DNA from: the human T2T-CHM13v2.0 reference genome, Homo sapiens
Assembly: GCF_009914755.1 (NCBI RefSeq)
Contig: NC_060927.1
Length of the DNA stretch: 64,000 nucleotides
Reading direction: 5' to 3' (one strand)
Positions 54,755 to 64,000 of this stretch are shown here, piece after piece; positions within the stretch are counted from its first letter, which is position 1, and every line of letters starts with the position of its first letter. The notes beneath the pieces were generated by a model. It saw only the letters and a program-made list of their open reading frames with translations. It ran no database searches and was not told the DNA's origin. A program made the position numbers and the translations under genes.

Positions 54755-55303
54755 CAGTGGAAGTGGACACTATTCCCTAACCAAACTTCATTCCCTCATT
54801 CTTCCTAGCCGCAGACCTCTATTTTGTGCAGAGTGTCAATGTGCTCAGTGCTGGATGATGAGTTTTGAAATTTATAAGCCAATTATGACAAGTGTATTCT
54901 CTAATTTGCTTGCTTCTCTAGCAAAGAAGGGTGGCCTAGGGATTCAGTTATAGCCAATAAGATCTATGTGGCAATCCACTTGAGAGGCAAGTTTCTGAGA
55001 AAGCTTTTTTTTTCCGTTACAAAGAGGAAGGTAAAAGGCAATCCTTCTGTTTCCTCCTCCTTCCCTCTTTGAACATAGACATGATGCTTGGAGTTGTGGC
55101 AGCTATTTTGTGATCATAAAGTGACAAGCATGAAAGAAAGACAAAAAGAATCCCAGAGATATCAGCACAGACTTTATCATATACCAGGAATTTCCTACCT
55201 CTCAACTTCTGGACTTCCTGTTAGGTGAGAAAACTGAATCTCTATTTGTTTAAGCCACTTAAGTCAGGATTTGCTACCTGCTGCTGAACACATTTCTAAC
55301 CAA
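54755..55303 (+). mobile_element. MLT1 (I/J/K-like) MaLR LTR
   Basis: tgatgcttggagttgtggcagctattttgtgatcat and cttctggacttcctgttaggtgagaaa...tttgtttaagccact. Confidence 0.85.
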
Positions 55304-56489
55304 AGTAATAATAGTAACATTCATAATTTGAATTCACCAAACTGTTCTTCCTAACTAGATAACAGACATTGGTCACATTCTTGGCACTTCATAAACATTC
55401 ATTTGCTTCACATCTTGATTAAATATGCTAGACTTTTATATGTAATGAAATTCTCACACAGAAAGGAAGGGGGGAATTTGGATTAGTATCAGAAAAGAGG
55501 ATGAAACCAGGTCAAAAAAGGAAAATTTGATTCTATAATAAAAAATTATATGACAAAAATTTGTTACAATGTAGCTCAATTATTATATACAATAAAAGCA
55601 AATTTTTAAATATTTTCCAAAATTAATAGCAACATATTTTAAGAAATAAGACAGTAGAATAAGCCCCCAAATGATAAATGTTTTAAAGGAGAGATGATAT
55701 AAACAAGTCTTCTATTAAATGTGAAGACAATACCATGCAGTTCTACTGAAACCTAAGTGAGGAACCAGCGTTTGTCAAATACCACCAGCAATAAGACTTT
55801 TTCTCTGTCCTTTAGGTTGTATGACTGTGATTCACCCCAATGCTACAGGCTCCTTAGCATGCTCATTATTTCTAAAATCTTTCACCTGAGGTTTGAACCC
55901 ATGACTTAGGAAACTATTATCGCATTTGCTTTTGGAGAAAAGACTACATAAGTTGGGACAGAAGCTATTTTCAAGGCTTCCAAATATTACAAGTAAGTAG
56001 TGGGGAACTGTTGAGAAGAGAAATGAGTAGCTTTGGGTCATTTTAGGTTAGTGACCTTAAACATAAGGTGTGATTTAATCAGAAGCCAGAGTAATTATGG
56101 CAGGAGGTGGGGAAAAAGACTCAGAGCTGTCTGGAGTTAGGGAGGACTTTGGTGGCAGCTTTCAGCTTGAGCTAAAACTGCAGGATTCTGTCAGAGGCTC
56201 CACAAACAAAGGGCTGCATTATGTAAGGAATCTTGTATTTCTTTGTGAACTAGTCCACAACAAAATTTCATTAGTTTTTTTTTTTTTCTCTCCTAGAGAT
56301 TTTTTTTACCACTTCCAGCCCGTAACTTGTTGCTCAGAAGGGAAACTTTCTACCTTAAATAAAAGTTTAAATTGTAAGCAAACTGACATTTTTTTAGGAA
56401 CAAATCAAATTAATTTGAACTTTATAATAACTGGGAAAATGCTTTTTAAGTTAGGTGGATGATAAGTAATCTTATATGAAGAATTTCCA

Positions 56490-56535
56490 AATAATTTAGC
56501 AATAGTTGGCAATAATTTAGCAATAGTTAGCAATA
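56490..56535. repeat. 21-bp tandem duplication
   Basis: aataatttagcaatagtt(g/a)gc twice. Confidence 0.85.
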
Positions 56536-57331
56536 CGAGTTCATATCTCTCTCCCTCTCTGTCTCTATCATTTTCTGATAGTCTGTTTACACATGTAACA
56601 CTTTTGGGTCACCTTTCAATGGAGCATTTCATAGGCAGAATTGGAAGATAGCAAGACACATGGATGGCACATAGCAATAGGTTCTCATAAATATTATCTG
56701 TTTTCAAAAGAATATTTATTTTTTTGCCCATTATAAAGATATTCTAAGATTAATTACAGTCCTAATACTGTCAAATTTAGCTTTGATATACAAAAATCTA
56801 TTTTTTAGTAGTTTAATTTTTTTTTATCAATTACTAACTTGAGGCTTTCATTTTACAACATTATTTTGGTCAGTTATAAAAATAATTTAACTGCCAAATG
56901 GGTTTTCCCATTTGACATTTCAAATGTTGGTTTAATACTTATCACTTAGACCTCTATGAAGGTTGACTCAGGTTTACTGGGGGATATTGCATAGATCATG
57001 TCTTTTGGTCCAACAGTTTGGGCTGTGAATAGTCTAAATTTGCATGGAAGCTCCCAACTACCAAGCTATCCAAAAACTACAGGGACAGGGCGGGGTGAAT
57101 GATTCTCAGCAGGTGGCACTCTTCCTTCTAATTAGGTCTTGAATGAATGCACCAGCATTCTGCTATCTCTTGGGTGGAGTGTGAGACTGAATCATTCAAT
57201 AATGCTTATAGCGCTTAAGAACCAAATTCAAGGGAACTGTGGAATGAAGGCAAGTTATAGGTAACATACAAGGATTTTCATTCTGCTGGACTTTTTCATT
57301 CAAAACAGCATCATTCTCAGACTCAGAATTA

Positions 57332-57467
57332 TGGATAACCATGCCTCTCAGTCTACTCAGGAGAGTTTCCAGTTTCAGTTCCAATGGCCCAGTCACAATT
57401 ATTAGTAGTGTTCATTTTCACTTTCAAAAGTGTCCTAGTTTGGATGATAAAATATGGGGTTACCCTG
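57332..57467 (-). mobile_element. MER81 DNA transposon
   Basis: aattattagtagtgttcattttcactttcaaaagtgtcctagtttggatgataaaatatggggttaccctg matches the reverse MER81 consensus. Confidence 0.75.
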
Positions 57468-58237
57468 TATATAAGCTTTAAAAAAGTTAGTCATAACACC
57501 ATTTACAGTGATAATCATTCTATTTAGGACAAATTAAAGTAGACTCTATTGGCCAACTTCTATAAAGAGAAAGAGATAAACTAAAACATTATTAATTTAA
57601 TCTCAGAGCTTTAATCAGAAAAAGTTTATTTTAAGATGACAACAAAATTTCTATGAATTATTTAGGATTTCTAATTTTAGGTCATTTTTTTTTAGCCTTA
57701 TTTTATACAAGCAAGCACGTATGCCCTTAAGATTTGTGGTGGAGAAAGAAGTACAATATCTGAAATAAAGTTCTTTGAAGCTTAGGTTTGAATTCTAATT
57801 CTACTATTTACTCGGTGTGCAAATTTAAATAATTTCTGTGAACATTATTATTAACCCTTTCTAAAATATGTTTAAAAACATTTTAAAAACCAGAAGGGAA
57901 AGAACTACATATGCTGTGAAAAGCTGTAAGTTATTAACAGTTACTATTATTTCTCTTTATAAATAATGATAGTTTTTCCCTTTCAACTTCTATGACACTT
58001 TTACAGACTGTAGAAAAATTTGGCCAAGCATGTTGTAGCAAGGGTCCTTAACTGTAATCACCTTTGACACAGATCCATGATATTTCTGGGTGACATCTCT
58101 ACATGGACATTGATGGCCTGCAAAGATCTAGAAAAGAAAGACTATAGATCTTGTACACCAAGGCCAAAGACTAAAAGGCTGAAATTTAAAGTACAAAAGT
58201 ATTGTGAACAGTTTTGTTAGTAGTATAATATATACCA

Positions 58238-58325
58238 CTTATATAGATAATTTTTCTTATATAGATATAAGAATAATTTTTCTTATATAGATATAAAATA
58301 GGGTTTCTTATATAGATAATTTTTC
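58238..58325. repeat. AT-rich minisatellite
   Basis: cttatatagata repeated four times with variable spacers. Confidence 0.85.
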
Positions 58326-61301
58326 CATGGAAGGAAGGGGAAACGAGGCGAAAAGTGGCTGGAGTAGAAAGACTAGTTTGTAAGGCAGAAAGATTTTCTA
58401 ATTACTAGGTAGATTTTATTTTATTTTACTTGTTTTTACTAGCTAAATTTTAAAAAAGAGATTCCTAGATCTCTATAGACATGTTCCTCTTTCTTTTTGC
58501 TGATATTTTCCTATTTCTTTTCTGAAATCTTAATTTGACTAGAAAAAAAATGATGTTCTGATTTAATTCTCTTAGTCTACCTGACATCAAAAAGTATATG
58601 GAGGGTGTCTTTAGTTTTTTATTTATATGAATGTAATCAAATAATTTTATTTTTTAAAAAAAGACTCTCACTGTTTTTCATTGTTTAACAGACATTTCTT
58701 TAAAACTTTGAAGTAATTATAGAAAATGTTCTCATAAATTTTCCCTCCAAATTAACCAGGTAGAAAGGGCTAATCCTGTTATGCATGCCATTTTTGTTTG
58801 TTTAAATTGACTATTCTGAGAATTAAGTCTGTAGTACCTAGTTTGAGGCCTCAAGATTTTCAGGTATGCACAAGGTTCTATCAACTAATTCTTTGTCTCA
58901 CTGATGATCCTTTATTTTAAATATACTCTACTTGCAAAGGTGGTAGGGTAAAAAGAGGAGTGGCTGACAAGAGACTAAAGAGGGGAAAGGATTCCCAACA
59001 TCCTTAATATCTCAGGGCTGAAAAAGAGCATTAGAAATCTTCTCCAATCTCTTGGAGAAAAAATATCTTTCACACATTCTGTCTATTAGAACTTCATTTG
59101 TGTTTAACAAGCCCCTCTTTTAAAATGCAAATTTGCCTTGTGAACCTGTAAACCTCATTCACACCTTATTGTTAATTACTTTGATGTTCTAGAATATGAT
59201 CAACACTTAACTGATATTGGCAATCTAGGAATGAACAAATTGCTCAGGGTGAAAAAAGGAAAATTTTGTTGGAGTGGGGCTGTAGGTGGTAGTGTGAGAA
59301 TTTCATTTGTGAGAAATAGAGCATACTGATATTCTGAAGTTTTGTCTAGGAGAATGGCAGTAGTTACGGTACCACAAAACGAGCACTTTTCCCGACTGCC
59401 GATGTCTAGTTGAGATCAGAAAAAGCCTGGAAGCCTGCAAACCTAAGTTTTAAATATTTAGCCATAGCAAGCTAATCAAGCTTGCAATTTTCTGAAAACG
59501 TTTTAAGTTAATTCATAATAGCTCTACAACTCGGTGACCTTGGGTTCTAAGACTCATTTGGTTCAACCTTCCAGGTTTAAAATTCAACCAATAAATGAAT
59601 TCCAAGGAAAAAAAGTGAATATGGCCCAGTCCTTTTTTACTGTCTCCCTAGTCATTCACTTCAGAGATTTTGGAATGCAATCCTAGAACATACTGTAAGC
59701 AATTTCAGAAGAATACACAGGATGCAGTATTTCTCTATGTGTCTTAGTAAATGTCACTTGACCCGATATATCAAAAAGGTTGCAAAATTTGAATTAGACT
59801 TTAGTTGACTTAAGCTACACATCTTAGCTTGGCAGAAATTCAAGGAAAAAAATATTTTATGGCCTCTTGTAACATTATTAATCACCCCTCCTTTTATATA
59901 AAAAATAAATATGCTAAACTCTTCACTGTTCAGAAAAGGGGTCATTTTTCCTGCCAAAATGGCTAATTTTAGTTTTTATGTAGTTGGATACATTTGTAAA
60001 CTATTACATGAAAACATATGGTTGGAACATGCTTACTCCTTCATGAGTGTTCCCCTTTTGAGGCTGCAAAATTTTCCTTAGTTGCTCCATGTGCTACTTT
60101 GTTGTGCTGATGACTTCTTGTTCTAAATAATTTTCTTCATTTTCCATTGTTAATGAAATGAGTTCTAATAAGGAACAAAGAAACCCTCTGATGAAAATCC
60201 CTTTCTTGTAGAATGGACTGGGAACTGATATAGGACACAGGGGAACAGCAAATGCTGTGTTGCACATTCTTCAATTAAATGATCCCTTTGTAGTTTATTC
60301 ACCTGAATGCATTTTGGCAAAGAGTGAAGCAATAGTGGGAAAAGGATTGTTTGTGTGGCTAATCTTTGGTTACTCAGAAAGTACTAGACATGTTTTCCTG
60401 CATGTTTGATTGATTTCCTGCACAGTTTGATTGGTGAATCAACACTTTAAGGTATCTAACCCATAAGGAAGAGTGAAAAACTTCCCCAGAGGTATTGAAA
60501 TTTCACTAAACCTCTTCTTGGAGTTTTGGTGTATGATTCTCAGTTGATCTTTGAGTGTAACAGTCAACTATTAAATTGGCATGACTGAAGTACAGTTTTT
60601 TCAAATAGAAGAGTATTTTAGAACAAATGAGAATTCTAACTCTTTAACTGAATTTCTAACTTTACATTTTGCCCGTACCTCTCCTTGTAACATTCTTCCC
60701 TTTTTCCCTATATATTTTTACCAGTAATCCTTTCAACTGCTCCTTAACAGTGAGATTCTACTGTTCTGGCACATTATAGGTTCTCTTTAACTATTTTTTG
60801 AGTGCACAAATGACCATTTGGACAAATATTATAAAATGAACAATAAAAAACCTTAATTATGCAAATTAATAAGTCTATACCTTTGGGAAAAAAGCCATGA
60901 TAGTAACAAAATGAATAACAATTCCAAGGATATTTAGGAAGGATAAAGCCTAGAAGATTAAAAATGAGAAATTTTAGAATCATAAAAAACAAAACGAAAT
61001 AAAATAGCTCAATACCATTGAAAGCACATGTATGCAGAAAGAAGCTAATATATTATTGTAAAAAATTAAATGGAAAGAAATTAGAAATCTATTGGTATTA
61101 TTACATCAAAAGCAGGAAGTTCTTTCTTTCTGGTCCAACTTTAGAGAGAAGAACAAATTTGCCAGTGCCACCAAGGGCAGAATAGAGAGAGATGTTTGGA
61201 ATTTAAGAGTTACAGGTTATGTTATGGTTCATTTATATCATTGCCATCACTGCAGTTCATTCATTTTGTGTCTAATTATTGATGTTGCCACGGTTGTCAA
61301 T

Positions 61302-61610
61302 AAACGCTCAGCATTACTAATCATCAGAGAAACGCAAGTCAAAACCACAATGAAATACCATCTTATACCAGTCAGAATGGCTGTTGTTAAAAAATCAAAG
61401 AACAACAGGTGCTGCATGATTGTGGAGGAGAGGGAATGCTTACACATTGTTGGTGGGAATGTAAACTAGTCCTACCTATTAGGTACTGTGCTCATTACCA
61501 TAGGAATTAGGGTGGGATTCCTATTCCAAACCTCAGCATCACACAATATTCCTATGGACTAAATCTGCATATGCACCCTCTGTATCTAAAATAAAAGTTG
61601 AAATTTTAAT
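61302..61610 (+). mobile_element. L1PB/L1MA-like 3' fragment with internal deletion
   Basis: ORF2 C-terminus (LIIRETQVKTTMKYHLIPVRMA...VGGNVN) joined directly to the 3'UTR end (ctacctattaggtac...ctaaaataaaagttgaaa). Confidence 0.9.
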
Positions 61611-63709
61611 AAAGATGGAACTAATCCCTCATATCACAGAATTATGTAGTTGTGGGTAGTCAGGATAAAGAATATTTAGGATATAATTTAAATGAATTCA
61701 CTAGCTCTGAAAATGAAAGAATAAACAGAAAACTAATCTAGACATTAAATTTTTTTCTTTCCCTAAGGATAATGTATAGTCCCTAAGGATAATGAATATT
61801 CAAGGACATACTGTAATAAATCATATACATTTATTATTAATATAATATAGTTTATTGCACACACACACTATGAGCTCCACGATGTTCGTTGAACTATTAC
61901 AAAGTTTAAAGACATACGAAATTACAGTAAGAGCCATCCATATAAAAATAAAATGTTAGTGTTTGGAAGGACCAATTGTAGGAGACTATATTGGCGAGTT
62001 AATACAAAAGATCATCTTTTGTTTAAGAGTTCATATATTTTTGTGTAAATTATATCTATTTACAGAAATTTTCTTTACTACCAACTGTTCTCAAACCCAT
62101 TCACTAATAAATAATTACTATATGTGATTACTTAATATTTACCTCAAACCTTTATGAATATCACTGAAAGCATTACTGGCAAATTAATTATATAGGCAAA
62201 TGGTGAGGATCTCTCAACCTCACCTCTCACCTTCTTCCCAATCACTCGAAGACTGACTATATCAATTTGTCTTGTTATCCAGAAATTGGCTTTATTTGTT
62301 AATTCCAGAGATGCTTCAACTGTAGTTTCAGCCAGCTGTTTCCTTACATCTTTCTGGGTGGCATCAGTTTACAATGCATAGCATTGTTGAGGGTCAAAGT
62401 TATTTTATTTTGGTATTACTATTGGATTTTTCCCCCAGTGCCTCAAAGGGGAATGTTGAGTCATGGAGATGTAATGTGACTCCTTAAACTAAGTAGACTT
62501 CTAATACAAGTATACTTTTATTATGGAGAAACCAAATTAATTTTATCAATTAAATGAGAATTTATTTACCATTTGCCTTTACCAGATATTTCATTAGACA
62601 CAATTCTCAGACTTTACACAATTACAAAGAATGTTGTATAAAAACTATCTATAAAGCAGGAGATATTTCATTCTTAGTTTTTTGCCAAACAAATTATGTT
62701 GCTTCGAGGAACAGAGGGAAAAGAAACATTGATGAAACACAGCCCTCAACTATGGCATAAAGTCCAAAGCACAGAGAAGGTCAGAAAAGAATAAAGCAGT
62801 TTTGCAGAATTATTATGATAGGGAGTACTGATAAAGAAGAGTCAACTTTTTGGCCTTAGTCATTTACTGAGTTCCTTTATTAAAAATAGAGCATAAACAT
62901 TTTAGAAATAATTTTTTCTCAATCTTTTTTTATAAAACCTCTACAGAAAAAAGAAGCGTTATGTGAAAAGCAGCTAAATGGGAGGAAAGTAGGGGTCTGT
63001 GGGTGAAACAGGAGGTTACCATTGCAAACCCTGTCCTTGATGCCCTCACTCAGTAGGACTGGTGGATGGAAGAAGTTTGAAAAACTTTTATGTAGAGATG
63101 AAGAAAAGTAGAAGCCCTAGTTTACAGAGAACGAAAGATACATTTTTCTTCTGTGTAGGTAGAGTTTGTATTTGGAGAAGGAGGAGACTCCTTTCTTCTG
63201 ATGAAAACTCCTTCTTCCAAGAGAAAACTCCATTAGGAAAAATGGAGCAGCAGTGAGTGAGAGAGACCAGGTTTAAGATTTGTTTTGGAGGTTAAATTTG
63301 TTGTGGAAGTTGACAGAATGTGGTGAAAGCAAGACACATCATAAAATAAGCCAAAAAAAATCTCTCTCTTCCAGCTCATTGTATATTGGAGAGTTAGTTG
63401 ACTTTTCTACTGTAAATGTAAAGAAAACAAAAGTTTCATTCATCCTCCTGTAATGATGCCAATCTAATTTGCTATTAAATTTCTATTCAAAAGCCCTATT
63501 TTGTTTAGTTACAAGGGATTTGATCCCCTTAAACTTTCCCAGGCAATTTGTATGGAAAGGCGGTTGCTAAGGGTATTCCTAAGGGAACTGGCAAACGTTG
63601 GAAGATAAATAACCTCAGTACAATATGCAGATTAAGTAGAAGGGATGGTTTAAGAGTTACCTTTTGAAGGAAAAATAAAAGATTCAGAATTCAGGGCTAG
63701 AGTTGCTAG

Positions 63710-64000
<291 letters not shown>

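Overview
AT-rich primate (human-like) nuclear DNA with no credible protein-coding exon. It holds 12 Alu SINEs (AluJ, AluS and AluY types, several with readable target-site duplications), a THE1 solo LTR with a perfect 5-bp TSD, MLT1 and ERVL-type LTR remnants, old L1 pieces (including a 2.6-kb 5'UTR-ORF1-endonuclease remnant), many MIR and L2 fragments, and MER81/MER5 DNA-transposon relics. Nearly all ORFs in the supplied track are repeat-derived or chance. The unique sequence contains several well-formed minus-strand exon candidates with no long ORF: 41674-42001, 40913-41040, 40608-40755, a 23-nt microexon candidate at 28327-28349, 25920-25989 and 23162-23327. All L1 fragments lie on +. Together this suggests intron/5'UTR territory of a large minus-strand gene or lncRNA, which I cannot name from sequence alone. 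The most unusual element is an interrupted CAG/CTG repeat at 26.85 kb carrying three short ATG-initiated ORFs (poly-Ala, poly-Gln, and poly-Cys on the opposite strand). Repeat subfamily calls are made by eye from recalled consensus motifs, and boundaries of old repeats are approximate. I found no firm evidence of a novel biological system; the findings are testable hypotheses.
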